The notes: generated by a model from the letters alone, not told the origin. DNA of 64,000 nucleotides from an uncultured Thermoplasmata archaeon (GCA_963705355.1 OY970070.1:686818-750817); one strand, 5' to 3'. Shown: positions 37,498 to 48,234, counted from the stretch's first letter. Made by a program: numbers and translations.

Positions 37498-39087
37498 TTA
37501 CCCTTTCGACGGAATGACCTCGACGCTCTCTCCGCCGTGTTTCGACTCTCTCGGCCTTATCTCCACCAACAGCGGCATGGAAACGCCCCCGCCGGTGATT
37601 ATGGCACTTCCGATGGGAAGTCTCTGGATCTCGTCCTCCATGCCTTCCGTGAGACCTTCAATCGATGCGGCTATCGCGGTCAGGTCGTTCGGGTTTGTCA
37701 CTTTGAGTATGATCTCGGTGTTGCACTGGCTCAGGACGTTCTTGTCGATCTTGGCGGCCCTTTGCGTGATGACCATGAGACCCAGCCCGAACTTCCTCCC
37801 TTCGGAGGCGATGGTCCTGAATACCTTGGAACACGCAACTTGGCCTTGCTGTGGGCAGAAGTTGTGGGCCTCCTCGACCACAAGCATCATAGGTGGTATC
37901 TTCTCCACCTTCCTTAGCTCGAACAAGGCGTTGCCGATTCTGTTCACGATCAGCTGTTGGATGTCCGGAGGAGTGCCCCTCAAGTTGATTATCGTGCACT
38001 TTCCCTTCTGAAGCAGCTCGTCGATCTTAGTGCCCTGCTCAGCGAAGATGTCAATCTCGTTGAGATACTCCAGCTCTGTGATGAGTGCTCCGCTCGAAGC
38101 CTCTCCTCCCTGCTCCAGTACTGCGATGATATCGTTTATCGTGTAGGTGCCCTTGGTCTCTTTCAGGATGTCGATGGCCTTTCTAAGCATCGTCAGGAAA
38201 TTCCGAACGTTCTTTATGTTGGTGAGCCCGAGAATCTCCCTCGCGTCCAGATTGTGGAGGGTGAACTTGAGCGGCTTTGCGCCCCTGTTGATTGATGGGT
38301 CCGTCGCGAACTCGAGGATCTTGTCGTCGTAGCCCTTAGGTGTCACGCCGAAGTCCCTAGTTGTCTTCTTGATGGACCCCTTGTGTTTCATGCTCGAGTA
38401 CTCACCGTGAGGGTCGACGACGCATACGGTCACATTGTGCTTCATCAGCTCTTCGATTATCGCCCCTGAGCAGTAGGACTTGCCTCCACCAGTCTTGCTC
38501 AGGATGCAGACGTGCTTCTGCACCATGACGTTGATATCAAGCTCGATTCTGACATTATGGCTTGCGAGGAGCCCGATGTACGCCCCGGCTTCGTTGTTCT
38601 CCTTTATCCCCACGACGCTCTTGATGAGCTCCTCCTTGGCCCTGTAAACGACAGACCCTGCCTTCAAGGGCGTCCGTGGAACCTGCAAAAGGTTCCTATC
38701 ATCTCTGTAGCCAATGATTGAGATTGCAGCCGACTGCTTCTCTTCAATAGAGACCGGCGTGCCATCCCCCATTCCCACGGCCCCGTCAATCGTCAGGTTG
38801 GTCTTGTTCTCGACCTCGGACACTTGGCAAAGAACCCAACCGTCGAGGTCGTGCTTAACCTGAACGTACTCCATCTTCTCCAGCGGGGCCGTCACCCCGC
38901 AATTGAAGTTGAGAGTACCCACGTTGCCGTATATGATCGCTACAGGTTCCATGCCGTCAGGCTGCCTTCTCAGAATCAGCCCCCGGCGCTTTGCCTCCGG
39001 AGACCTGTGAACGCCTGCTTGCGCAGGAGGTGCAGATGGCACCTGCTGAGAGGGGTACGGCTGGCCAATGCTCTCATTCAACTGCAT
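37498..39087 (-). CDS. HerA/FtsK-like (DUF87) P-loop ATPase
   Basis: Walker A (LSKTGGGKSY) and downstream Walker-B-like MMLVVEEAHNF; low-complexity N-terminus, alternative ATG about 45 codons in. Confidence 0.6.
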   Translation of the reverse strand: MQLNESIGQPYPSQQVPSAPPAQAGVHRSPEAKRRGLILRRQPDGMEPVAIIYGNVGTLNFNCGVTAPLEKMEYVQVKHDLDGWVLCQVSEVENKTNLTIDGAVGMGDGTPVSIEEKQSAAISIIGYRDDRNLLQVPRTPLKAGSVVYRAKEELIKSVVGIKENNEAGAYIGLLASHNVRIELDINVMVQKHVCILSKTGGGKSYCSGAIIEELMKHNVTVCVVDPHGEYSSMKHKGSIKKTTRDFGVTPKGYDDKILEFATDPSINRGAKPLKFTLHNLDAREILGLTNIKNVRNFLTMLRKAIDILKETKGTYTINDIIAVLEQGGEASSGALITELEYLNEIDIFAEQGTKIDELLQKGKCTIINLRGTPPDIQQLIVNRIGNALFELRKVEKIPPMMLVVEEAHNFCPQQGQVACSKVFRTIASEGRKFGLGLMVITQRAAKIDKNVLSQCNTEIILKVTNPNDLTAIAASIEGLTEGMEDEIQRLPIGSAIITGGGVSMPLLVEIRPRESKHGGESVEVIPSKG

Positions 39088-39199
39088 CCCATCCGACTGC
39101 TTAATATAACACAGTAGATTCTATTAATGGTTTCGCCAGGCGGAACACGACCGCGCTCAAGTTATAAGAGAAGGTACTCCATTCCCCGCTCAGGATACC

Positions 39200-40054
39200 A
39201 TGTTCGTCGTCGGGGGGTCAGCTTCTCAGCTCCTGTCGAAGGAGCTGGCAAAGAGCCTCAGAGCGAAGCAGGCAAAAGTGGAGACATATCGTTTTCCTGA
39301 CGACGAATGCTATGTAAGGATAGACGACGACCTTGACGATCAGGAGGTGTTCCTCGTACAGACCTCCTGGCCTGACAGAAACATCGTTGAGCTGTTCCTG
39401 CTCCAGGATGCGATAAAGGAATTCGATGTCGATTCGCTCACTACAGTCGTGCCCTACTTCGGCTATGCCCGCCAAGACAAACAGTTCAAGCCCGGCGAAC
39501 CGATAAGCGCGCGTGCGCTCGCGAGGTTGATGCAGGTGAACACGGACGCGTTCATGACAGTGGACGTTCATTCCCCTAATGTCGTGGACTGGTTCGGTTA
39601 CGTGCGCGCGAAGAACGTCGCAGCTTATCCGGAGATCGGCAAGTACCTCAAGGGCAAGGGAATAGAACTCATTCTCTCGCCGGACGAGGGGAGGGCGGAC
39701 AACGCGAAGCGAGTCGCTGACGTCGTCAACTGCGAAGCCGACTTCCTAGTCAAGGAGCGGCTCAACGGAGAGACCGTCAAGATGGCACCAAAGAGGCTGG
39801 ATGTCAAGGGGAAGAAGGTCGCGATCGTGGACGACATAATATCGACTGGTGGGACCATCGTAAAGGCGGCCGAGCAGCTGCGAAAGCAGGGGGCTGCGAG
39901 GATCTTCGCCGTGTGCACCCACGGAGTGTTCGCCGGCAATGCGATCCCGAAGCTCGAGGCGGTCTGCGACGAGATATGCACGACGGACACAATTGAAAAC
40001 CCGAAGACCTGCATAAGCGTGGCCTCGCAGATAGCCAAGATAGCCAGGGACTGA
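39200..40054 (+). CDS. prs: ribose-phosphate pyrophosphokinase
   Basis: PRPP-binding motif VAIVDDIISTGGT and Prs-like layout. Confidence 0.85.
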   Translation: MFVVGGSASQLLSKELAKSLRAKQAKVETYRFPDDECYVRIDDDLDDQEVFLVQTSWPDRNIVELFLLQDAIKEFDVDSLTTVVPYFGYARQDKQFKPGEPISARALARLMQVNTDAFMTVDVHSPNVVDWFGYVRAKNVAAYPEIGKYLKGKGIELILSPDEGRADNAKRVADVVNCEADFLVKERLNGETVKMAPKRLDVKGKKVAIVDDIISTGGTIVKAAEQLRKQGAARIFAVCTHGVFAGNAIPKLEAVCDEICTTDTIENPKTCISVASQIAKIARD

Positions 40055-40106
40055 TTCTGGCGCCACCAAAAGCTACATATGGCTGGCTTCGTTTTCAGAC
40101 CACGCA

Positions 40107-41504
40107 ATGAAGAAGGCAGAAGACTTCAGCGAGTGGTACAACGAGATAGTCGAGAAGGCCAACCTGACGGACAAGCGCTACCCGATAAAAGGGATGAACG
40201 TCTGGACTCCGTACGGCTGGAAGATCATGCAGGCGATCGACGGCCACATAAGGCAGGCGTTCGACGGGACGAATCACCAGGAAGTTTATTTTCCCCTGCT
40301 CATCCCCGAGGACCAGTTCGCCAAGGAGAAGGAGCACATCAAGGGCTTCGACACCGAGGTCTTCTGGGTCACGCATGCCGGCCTGAATCCGTTGGACGTC
40401 AAGCTGCTGCTCAGACCGACGAGTGAGACTGCGATGTACCCGATCTTCTCCCTGTGGGTGAGGTCACACGCGGACCTCCCCCTCAAGACGTATCAGATAG
40501 TGAACACCTTCAGATACGAGACGAAACAGACCAGGGCGTTCATCAGGGTCAGGGAGATACACTTCTTCGAGTCGCACACGTGCCACGCAGATTTCCAGGA
40601 CGCCGAGAGACAGGTAAAGGAGGATTTCGAAATCCTGTCGGTCCTTGCGAGGAAGTGGTGTCTGCCGTTCAAGCTCCTAAAGAGAACCGACTGGGACAAG
40701 TTCCCGGGCGCTTCCTACACTGTCGGGATAGATACCTTACTCCCTTCCGGCAGAAGCCTACAGCTGGGCTCCATCCACCAGTACATGGAGAACTTCTCGA
40801 AGCCCTACGACATCAAGTACGAGGACGAGAAGGGCGAGCACAAGTACGTCCACCAGACGACTTTCGGCATGAGCGAAAGGCTGGTGGGGGCCGTCGTTGC
40901 GGTCCACGGGGACGACAAGGGCCTCGTGCTCCCGCCAGACATCGCGACGAACCAGGTGGTCGTCGTGCCGGTCCTTGCGAAGGGCGAGACGAAGAAGGTG
41001 TCTAAGGAAGCCAAAGACCTGTACGAGGAGCTTAAGGCAGGCGGCATCAGGGTGCACATCGACGAGAGGGATGTCAGACCTGGCGTGAAGTACTACGACT
41101 GGGAGTTGAAGGGCGTTCCGCTGAGGCTCGAGCTGGGCAAGAGGGACATCGAGAAGGCCAAGGTGACCTTCGTCAGGAGGGATACGGGTGAGAAGTCCCT
41201 CCGCGACCGGAAGCATGTCGTGAAGGAGGCCAGGGACATGCTCGCTCTGATCGCCAAGGACATGCTCGCGAGAGCGACAAAGGAGATGGAGAACGGAATC
41301 GTCACCGTCAAGTCACTGGACAACCTGCCCGAGAAGATGATCCGCGCTGGTTGGTGCGGAGACGAGGCCTGCGGTCACGACATCGAGACGAAGTCCCGCA
41401 GAGACATCCTCGGCGTACCGGTCGACGGTGAGACGTACTCAGGCCAATGCGTCATCTGCGGCAAGGCGACGAAGACACCGATCTACCTGGCAAGGGCGAT
41501 GTGA
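40107..41504 (+). CDS. proS: proline--tRNA ligase (archaeal/eukaryotic type)
   Basis: 465 aa class-II aaRS with archaeal ProRS-like N-terminus (FSEWYNEIVEKANL) and C-terminal zinc-binding Cys cluster. Confidence 0.9.
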   Translation: MKKAEDFSEWYNEIVEKANLTDKRYPIKGMNVWTPYGWKIMQAIDGHIRQAFDGTNHQEVYFPLLIPEDQFAKEKEHIKGFDTEVFWVTHAGLNPLDVKLLLRPTSETAMYPIFSLWVRSHADLPLKTYQIVNTFRYETKQTRAFIRVREIHFFESHTCHADFQDAERQVKEDFEILSVLARKWCLPFKLLKRTDWDKFPGASYTVGIDTLLPSGRSLQLGSIHQYMENFSKPYDIKYEDEKGEHKYVHQTTFGMSERLVGAVVAVHGDDKGLVLPPDIATNQVVVVPVLAKGETKKVSKEAKDLYEELKAGGIRVHIDERDVRPGVKYYDWELKGVPLRLELGKRDIEKAKVTFVRRDTGEKSLRDRKHVVKEARDMLALIAKDMLARATKEMENGIVTVKSLDNLPEKMIRAGWCGDEACGHDIETKSRRDILGVPVDGETYSGQCVICGKATKTPIYLARAM

Positions 41505-41510
41505 GCGATC

Positions 41511-41759
41511 TCAGGCGCCGACTGGCTTCTTCTTGTAGAGAAGTATCCCGATGAGGCCGAAGGCTATCAAGGGGATGTAGACTGCATATATCCCGATGTT
41601 TCCTCTCGTGAAAGGGTACCACGTGCCGTAGATGAGACCCCAGACCCAGTAAATGAGCACTCCAGCAACCAGCAACAGGCTGTAGAATGCGAGTATGATC
41701 TTCCTCTGGACCTCAGGTCCCTCAGCCTCAGCCATCATCGCGGCCAATGAATTGGCCAT
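41511..41759 (-). CDS. small hypothetical membrane protein
   Basis: Two hydrophobic helices; start uncertain. Confidence 0.35.
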   Translation of the reverse strand: MANSLAAMMAEAEGPEVQRKIILAFYSLLLVAGVLIYWVWGLIYGTWYPFTRGNIGIYAVYIPLIAFGLIGILLYKKKPVGA

Positions 41760-41917
41760 ATAAATGGGTTTCTCAAGGGCATAGAGAAAAGAGTTATCAA
41801 GGCGGCGACCATTACTCTTCCAGCTTAGGAGACAACCGGCCATATAGACCTACCTCGGGGGAAAGTGGGAGACTGCACGAACAAGAGCACTCTGAAGGAT
41901 CACGAGCTTGCAGAAGA

Positions 41918-43819
41918 ATGTCTGAGCTTCATCTTCTACGCCGGCACGGCAGAGGTCTCGTCGCCATGATGTTGACCTCCTTGTTGCTTTTCACCGGCCT
42001 GCCCGCCTCTGCCATTGGACACGCTGAGGCGGCCAGCAAGACGACGCTCATAATAGGGATTATCGAACCGATCGACAGCCTCAACCCGTTCCTAGGCGTA
42101 AACGACAATGCATACATTTTCTACGGCCTCGTCTACGACTATCTGATGTCCGTCGACCAGAACAAGAGCATCAAGCCCAATCTGGCGACGAGCTGGTACA
42201 TCGTGCCTGATCAGCTACCCTACGGTTCTGTCTGGCAGTACAACTTGACCCGGAACGCGACTTGGCACGATGGTGTGCCGTTCGACGCGGACGACGTTGT
42301 TTTCACAATCAACTACCAAATAGGGGATAACTACGACAGCATGTGGGCCTACCAGCCGTACACAAGGTTCATCGACAGTGTTGAGAAGATCGACCAGTAT
42401 ACTGTGAGGATATACTTCAAGGACTTGGAAGATAACCCTGCGCCCTGCCCGTTCGGCGACGCACTTATGATGCCGATTGTTCCGGAGCACATATGGACCG
42501 ACATCTCGCCCGAAGATGCTGGGTTCTCATACGACAACTACCTCCCGATAGGCACTGGCCCGTTCATGTGCACCAAGAGGACGAAGGGCGAGTTCATCGC
42601 TGGCGACCAGCTAATACTCCTGCGGAATCCGAACTATCACGGAGAGGCAGACTACAGCAAGAAGGTCCAATTCGACAGGCTAATCATCAAGACCTATCTG
42701 GAGCCCGCGGCGATGCTCATCGACATGGAGAAGGGAAGCATCGACCTTGCAGCCTTCAACGCCCCGAACTACCGGAACCTGATGGACTGGCTCGAGAGGA
42801 ACCCGACGGACAACATTGGGCACTACGCTGGCCTGAGCACGACGGCCTATTCGAACGACATACTTGTCTCCATGTACAACGACACCTCCGGTGAGACCAA
42901 CTCTCTGAGGTTTGATCCTGCGGTCAGGCAGGCCATGGCTCACGCGATCAACAGGGAATTCATCAAGGATAGCATATTCGCGGGCTATGCCGATGTCGGC
43001 TCGACGATAATTGCACCGACATATGGTGACTACTACTGGCAACCCGGTCCAAGTGAGATATATGACTACAACATCGCCAAGGCCAATCAGATTCTTGATG
43101 CAGCCGGATACGTCTGGAACGCGGACCACACGAAAAGGTATTCTGGACCCGGAAACGCATATGGCGTGGAGGGCATGCAGCTGAGGTTCAGGTTCACAGC
43201 CGAACAGGAACTTGTCGAGGACAGGGATACCGTCAACTACCTCACGGAGGAGTGGGCGAAGATAGGAATAGAGATCGTTCCGGACTTCGTCAACACAGCA
43301 CAGTGGAACACCGTCGTCTATGGTGGTACGTACGACCTGGCCACCACATATTGGAGCGGGGATTATGACCCGAACTACCTGCTCTTCATCCAGTCCGAAT
43401 GGGCAATTGGCGGATGGTCAGAGAACAACTATTCCAACCCCGACTATGACGCGAATTTCTCCGCCTCCGAGCAGGCTATCAACCACGCCGAAAGGATAGG
43501 CTACATATTCAACTGCTCCAAGATAATGTACCGGGATGCCGCGTTCATCACGACCGTCTACGGATACGGTTGCTATGCCTGGAGGAACGACACCTTCAGC
43601 GGATGGGGTGACTGGGGAGCTCATCCTGCAAGGAGTCTGTCGAGCTACTGGTCTGCGAATGACCTCTACTTCGACCTCGTGCCGTTGGAGCGGCAAGGAG
43701 GGGGGATCAGCATGAACTACGTGCTGATAGGACTGGGAGTCGCTGTTGCAGTTGCGGTCATCGTCGTGTTGATGATGCGGAAGCGCGGAGAGAAGGAAGA
43801 GGAAGTGAGACTGCCCTAG
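41918..43819 (+). CDS. ABC transporter substrate-binding protein (peptide/nickel family 5) with C-terminal membrane anchor
   Basis: N-terminal signal-like hydrophobic segment, large SBP body, C-terminal hydrophobic helix and basic tail. Start set at internal ATG (MSELH). Confidence 0.7.
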   Translation: MSELHLLRRHGRGLVAMMLTSLLLFTGLPASAIGHAEAASKTTLIIGIIEPIDSLNPFLGVNDNAYIFYGLVYDYLMSVDQNKSIKPNLATSWYIVPDQLPYGSVWQYNLTRNATWHDGVPFDADDVVFTINYQIGDNYDSMWAYQPYTRFIDSVEKIDQYTVRIYFKDLEDNPAPCPFGDALMMPIVPEHIWTDISPEDAGFSYDNYLPIGTGPFMCTKRTKGEFIAGDQLILLRNPNYHGEADYSKKVQFDRLIIKTYLEPAAMLIDMEKGSIDLAAFNAPNYRNLMDWLERNPTDNIGHYAGLSTTAYSNDILVSMYNDTSGETNSLRFDPAVRQAMAHAINREFIKDSIFAGYADVGSTIIAPTYGDYYWQPGPSEIYDYNIAKANQILDAAGYVWNADHTKRYSGPGNAYGVEGMQLRFRFTAEQELVEDRDTVNYLTEEWAKIGIEIVPDFVNTAQWNTVVYGGTYDLATTYWSGDYDPNYLLFIQSEWAIGGWSENNYSNPDYDANFSASEQAINHAERIGYIFNCSKIMYRDAAFITTVYGYGCYAWRNDTFSGWGDWGAHPARSLSSYWSANDLYFDLVPLERQGGGISMNYVLIGLGVAVAVAVIVVLMMRKRGEKEEEVRLP

Positions 43820-43887
43820 ACGAGTGAATCACCCAGACACAGTCTGACCAGAGAATGCAGTGGACTCAGGGCGCAGGGTGGGGAGAA

Positions 43888-44868
43888 ATGGCACAGGACT
43901 TCCGGAGGTATTTCCTCGTCAAGGTTGTATATGCAGTCCTGACAGTCTTCCTGATACTGACCTTCAATTTCCTTCTGTTCAGGGCCATGCCTGGCGACAT
44001 GGACCGCATACTCATACCCAGGGGGGCGTCACCCGAGACCCGCACTCTCCTGCGGGAGTACTACGGTCTGGACAAGCCGAGGCTAGAGCAGTACGTGATA
44101 TACCTCGAGCATCTCTTCAAAGGTCAGCTCGGACAGAGCACCGATTTCCGAAGAGGAGTGGATGTGGTTTCCATCCTGGGCCCGTTCCTGCTGAACACAC
44201 TAATCCTGGTCGGCATCGGGACCGTGATATCCGTATACGTGGGCATAATGCTCGGGAGGCTGACCGCATGGAAGCGGGGGAAGGCAGCGGACCGGATTGG
44301 CAGCGCCTTCTTCCTTGTCTTCTACTGCATGCCGACCTTTCTGTTCGCTCTCGTCATGGTCACTGTTGTGGGGAGATACGTTCCCGAGTGGCCCATAAGC
44401 GGAGCCTACAGCTATGACTACGCATCCTACGACATCTTGGGCAAAATCGGAGACAGAGCTCTCCACACTCTCTTACCGCTCGCGGCGCTTGTGGTCGAGA
44501 CGATTGCCACATTCTCCATAATCACGAGGAGCTCGCTGATAGATGTCATGACCGAGGAGTACATGGTGACCGCGATCGCAAAGGGGAACAGAAGCAAGGA
44601 CGTGCTCCACAAGCATGCGATGCCGAATGCGATGCTTCCAGTGGTGACCGTGGTCGCTATGAATGTTGGCTGGATCATGAGCGGCTCGATCATGATCGAG
44701 GTCATCTTCGGCTATCAAGGGCTGGGGTACATGACTTGGAAAGCTGTAAGAGGCTATGACTATCCGGTCCTTCAGGCGGTCTTCATGCTCGAAGCCGTCG
44801 CGGTCGTAGTTGCCAACTTCATTGCAGACATGGCCCTGTTCAGACTGGATCCGAGGGTGAAGATTTGA
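43888..44868 (+). CDS. ABC transporter permease (DppB/OppB-like)
   Basis: Multi-TM permease adjacent to the SBP; RBS-like GGTGGGGAG before the ATG. Confidence 0.8.
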   Translation: MAQDFRRYFLVKVVYAVLTVFLILTFNFLLFRAMPGDMDRILIPRGASPETRTLLREYYGLDKPRLEQYVIYLEHLFKGQLGQSTDFRRGVDVVSILGPFLLNTLILVGIGTVISVYVGIMLGRLTAWKRGKAADRIGSAFFLVFYCMPTFLFALVMVTVVGRYVPEWPISGAYSYDYASYDILGKIGDRALHTLLPLAALVVETIATFSIITRSSLIDVMTEEYMVTAIAKGNRSKDVLHKHAMPNAMLPVVTVVAMNVGWIMSGSIMIEVIFGYQGLGYMTWKAVRGYDYPVLQAVFMLEAVAVVVANFIADMALFRLDPRVKI

Positions 44869-45818
44869 ACGACTCCGGGGACATGTCAAGCGGAGAGGGC
44901 GCACGGAGGTTTTCACTCCTATCCGAAAGCCGCCAGGAGAAAATAGCGCTCCTGGCCAAACGGCTGAGGAGGATCAGAAGGCAGTACTCTCACAACATCG
45001 CTGGAATGGTCGGTCTCTCCGTTCTCATCTTCTTCGTGGTGATCGCAGTCCTCGCCCCCGTCCTGGTGACCCACCAGGACCCGAACTCCTCACTCAGATG
45101 GGCCAAGGACGTGAACAGGTATCATCCGCCGTCCAGGGAGTTCTTGTTCGGCGCCGACTACTTCGGAAAGGACGTCTACAGCCTGACGATATACGGCACG
45201 CGCGCAAGCCTGATAGTCGGGCTTGCAGCCTCGGTGATCTCAATAGTGCTCGGATCCGTGATTGGGCTATTCTCGGGTTACTACGGCAAGGTCCCCGACG
45301 AGATTCTGATGCGGTTCACGGATTTCTTCCTGGTCATCCCGTGGTTTCCCCTGATGATTGTCGTTGCCATGCTCCTAGGGAAGTCCTTCACGAACGTGAT
45401 CATAGTCATAGGCATAACCTCTTGGCCTTCCACGGCAAGAATCGTCAGGGCACAGGTGCTGTCAGTGAAGGAGAAGGCGTTCGTGGAGCGGGCGAGGGCG
45501 ATCGGTTCGAGGAGCAGGCACATAATATCGAGGCACATCCTGCCAAACGTGTTCCCCCTCATCTTCGCGAACACGATCTTGCTAATCGCGAACTCGATCT
45601 TCTCCGAATCGTTCCTGGACTTCTTTGGGCTCGGGGACCCGAACATCATCAGCTGGGGCACGATGCTCGAGAACGCCTACGACAAGGGGGCATTCAGCAG
45701 CTATGCGTGGTGGAACATCCTTGCGCCAGGGGCTTGCATCGTCATCCTGATAATGTCATTCTATCTGATAGGCGACGTGCTGGATGAGATCCTCAACCCG
45801 AAGCTGCGCAGAAGATAG
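44865..45818 (+). CDS. ABC transporter permease (DppC/OppC-like)
   Basis: Multi-TM permease with 4-nt overlap to the preceding permease gene. Confidence 0.8.
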   Translation: MNDSGDMSSGEGARRFSLLSESRQEKIALLAKRLRRIRRQYSHNIAGMVGLSVLIFFVVIAVLAPVLVTHQDPNSSLRWAKDVNRYHPPSREFLFGADYFGKDVYSLTIYGTRASLIVGLAASVISIVLGSVIGLFSGYYGKVPDEILMRFTDFFLVIPWFPLMIVVAMLLGKSFTNVIIVIGITSWPSTARIVRAQVLSVKEKAFVERARAIGSRSRHIISRHILPNVFPLIFANTILLIANSIFSESFLDFFGLGDPNIISWGTMLENAYDKGAFSSYAWWNILAPGACIVILIMSFYLIGDVLDEILNPKLRRR

Positions 45819-45865
45819 AGCACGTGCTGTTCATCGAAGTGATTCGAGAAAGAGGGTTTCAAAGG

Positions 45866-47374
45866 TCACGCATGACCGCCCAGCTGTCCAGGCGGAGCCG
45901 AGGTCCCGAGCTTCAGGAACTCCTCCTCGTCCTTCAGGGCCTGCTCGAATATCTCCATGCCCTTCTCGAGCAACTCCTTGGATATGCATAACGGAGGGGC
46001 GATCCGGAAGACGTTGCCGAAGAAGCCAGACGTGATTGTCATGAGACCAGCTCTCCAGCACTTGCCCTGGATGTTGGTCGCCTCATGCGGCTCCCTAGTG
46101 TACTGGTTCTTCACGAGCTCGACGCCGATCATCAGACCTCTGCCACGGACGTCGCCTATGATCTCTCTGCGCTGCTGCATCTCCTTGAGCAGCTTGACGG
46201 CGTAGTCACCGAGCTTCGCCGCCCTGTCCGCGAGGTTCTCGTCAATGATCGCCTGCACGTGAGCGAGTCCTGCAGCCATGGTTATGGCATTCCCGCCGAA
46301 TGTGGATGAGTGGGAACCCGGCCTCCACTTCCTCATGATGTCGTGCTTCGCGATGATCGCGCCCAGCGGAACACCGCCACCCAGAGCTTTGCCCATGACG
46401 AGGATGTCGGGTATGGTATCGAAATGCTCACACGCGAACATCTTGCCAGTCCTCGCGAAGCCTGTTTGGACCTCGTCAAAGACCAGCAATGCGCCCTGGT
46501 CGTCGCAGATCTTCCGCAACCTGGGCAGATACTCCTTGGGAGGAACGACGTAGCCGCCTTCTCCCTGGATCGGCTCGACAAACATGGATGCGATCTGCCC
46601 GGTCGGGCCACCCATCGACAAGACCTGCTTCTCGATGTAGTCCACGCACCACAGGCCGCACTCAGGGTATGTCTGCTTGAACGAGCACCTGTAACAGTAC
46701 GCGTATGGTGTGAATATGATACCTGGCGACATCGGGCCGTAGCTGTACCTGAGCTTCAGTTTGCTGGTGAGGGCCAAACCCGCTCCGATCCTGCCATGGT
46801 AGGACCCGAAGAATGCCAAGTGCTCGCTCCTCTTAGTGTAGTATCTTGACAGCTTGAGCGCGGCCTCGACCGCCTCCGCGCCGCTGTTCGAGAAGAAGGT
46901 CCCCCTCAAAGCCTTGCCAGGGGAAATCTCCGACAGCAGCTTCGCGAAGTACGCTTCCTTGTCGAAGTAGGCGTCGTTCGCCATGCTGTGTATTAGCTTC
47001 GCAGCCTGCTCCTGAATCGCCTTGGTGACCTTGTAGTGCGTCCAGCCCGCGTTCTGAACCGCGATGCCAGACGAGAAGTCGAGCAGGACATTGCCGTCCG
47101 CGTCCATGACAGCGGTGCCAGCGGCCTTCTCGATTGTGAATGTGAAGCATCTATCGTATGCGTACGAGACGTAGTCTCTGTCGATCTTGATGATCTCCTT
47201 GCTTTTCGGCCCCGGGGCTCTCACGACGATCTTGGGTGCCTCTCTGGCCCATTGAGGGACCCAGTCGGGCAACGGGAACTCTTCAGGTGCCGAGCTGACC
47301 TTGGTCTGCTCTTCGGTCGGTTTCGTCTGCTTCACTGGCTCCGAGACCGACTCGTTCTCTGTCATCTCACCCAT
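45866..47374 (-). CDS. class-III (omega) aminotransferase, PLP-dependent
   Basis: Motifs FDEVQTGFARTG and STFGGN typical of acetylornithine/GABA aminotransferase family. Confidence 0.8.
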   Translation of the reverse strand: MGEMTENESVSEPVKQTKPTEEQTKVSSAPEEFPLPDWVPQWAREAPKIVVRAPGPKSKEIIKIDRDYVSYAYDRCFTFTIEKAAGTAVMDADGNVLLDFSSGIAVQNAGWTHYKVTKAIQEQAAKLIHSMANDAYFDKEAYFAKLLSEISPGKALRGTFFSNSGAEAVEAALKLSRYYTKRSEHLAFFGSYHGRIGAGLALTSKLKLRYSYGPMSPGIIFTPYAYCYRCSFKQTYPECGLWCVDYIEKQVLSMGGPTGQIASMFVEPIQGEGGYVVPPKEYLPRLRKICDDQGALLVFDEVQTGFARTGKMFACEHFDTIPDILVMGKALGGGVPLGAIIAKHDIMRKWRPGSHSSTFGGNAITMAAGLAHVQAIIDENLADRAAKLGDYAVKLLKEMQQRREIIGDVRGRGLMIGVELVKNQYTREPHEATNIQGKCWRAGLMTITSGFFGNVFRIAPPLCISKELLEKGMEIFEQALKDEEEFLKLGTSAPPGQLGGHA

Positions 47375-47377
47375 CCC

Positions 47378-47890
47378 TTACTCCTCCCGAGACTTGTCGA
47401 GAGTCAACGCGCCAGGTTTGCAAACCTTGACGCAGGCGGGATCACTCGCACAGAGGTCGCATGTATATGCAGTCTCAACTCCGAAGGCACCTTCGAAAAA
47501 GACCCCGTCGTACGGGCACCTCGGAATGCATGCCATGCAGGCGAAGCACCTGTGTTCGTCAAGGGTCCAGTACTTTCCCTCATTGTGGAACTCGAGCAGC
47601 GCTGATGGACACAACTCGCTCGGGGGGCAGGTCTCGCAATGAAGACACATGACCGCCTTGTGCTCGCTCCCATCCTTCGTGACTTTGATCCGCGACCTTC
47701 CAGCGGCCACACTGGAGGGGTGCGCCTTTATGCAGGCATTCTCGCACTCCAGGCAACCATTACACTTGTCCGGGTGGAAGACCAACCCGAACTTTTTCTT
47801 GGCAGAGCTCATCAGTGCATCCTCCTGAGTTCGCACGCCTGCGCCATCCCGCGCCAATAGATACGGTGTGCATGAGTCAGGCCGACTCAC
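47378..47890 (-). CDS. multi-cluster 4Fe-4S ferredoxin-domain protein
   Basis: Several Cys-rich cluster motifs (CNGCLECENAC, CLHCETCP, CFACMACIPRCP, CDLCASDPACVKVC). Confidence 0.75.
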   Translation of the reverse strand: MSRPDSCTPYLLARDGAGVRTQEDALMSSAKKKFGLVFHPDKCNGCLECENACIKAHPSSVAAGRSRIKVTKDGSEHKAVMCLHCETCPPSELCPSALLEFHNEGKYWTLDEHRCFACMACIPRCPYDGVFFEGAFGVETAYTCDLCASDPACVKVCKPGALTLDKSREE

Positions 47891-48234
47891 TCCGGCAATT
47901 CAACAGTAAGATGCTCATTCCATTTATACCCTCGCCAGCTGGAGTATTTCTAAGTTGGCATTGTGCAATTTCCAGTCGAAGTTTACGAACATCTTTCATA
48001 AGAACGCGGCATAAAGTTGAAAACTTCTCAAATAACCTGGGCCTATCGTCAAACATTCGAAGGCAACAAAAACAGTAATGAAAAGGGCTCGAAAGAAGGG
48101 TTTTTTATGGCTAGAATACGATATTATCGAGAAGCGTCGCCTTCTTCTTTGGGTCTCGACATCGGGCATGCCTCGGCGATGTCACTGACCGGGCAGATTG
48201 TACATCGCTAGCCACATCTGGCCATCGGCAGACC

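Noticed and set aside
47891-48234. AT-rich 340-bp spacer between the ferredoxin/aminotransferase unit and the AOR gene, considered as a possible ncRNA
   Set aside because: Composition and position fit a terminator-plus-promoter region for two co-directional operons; no convincing secondary structure or known RNA motif seen.
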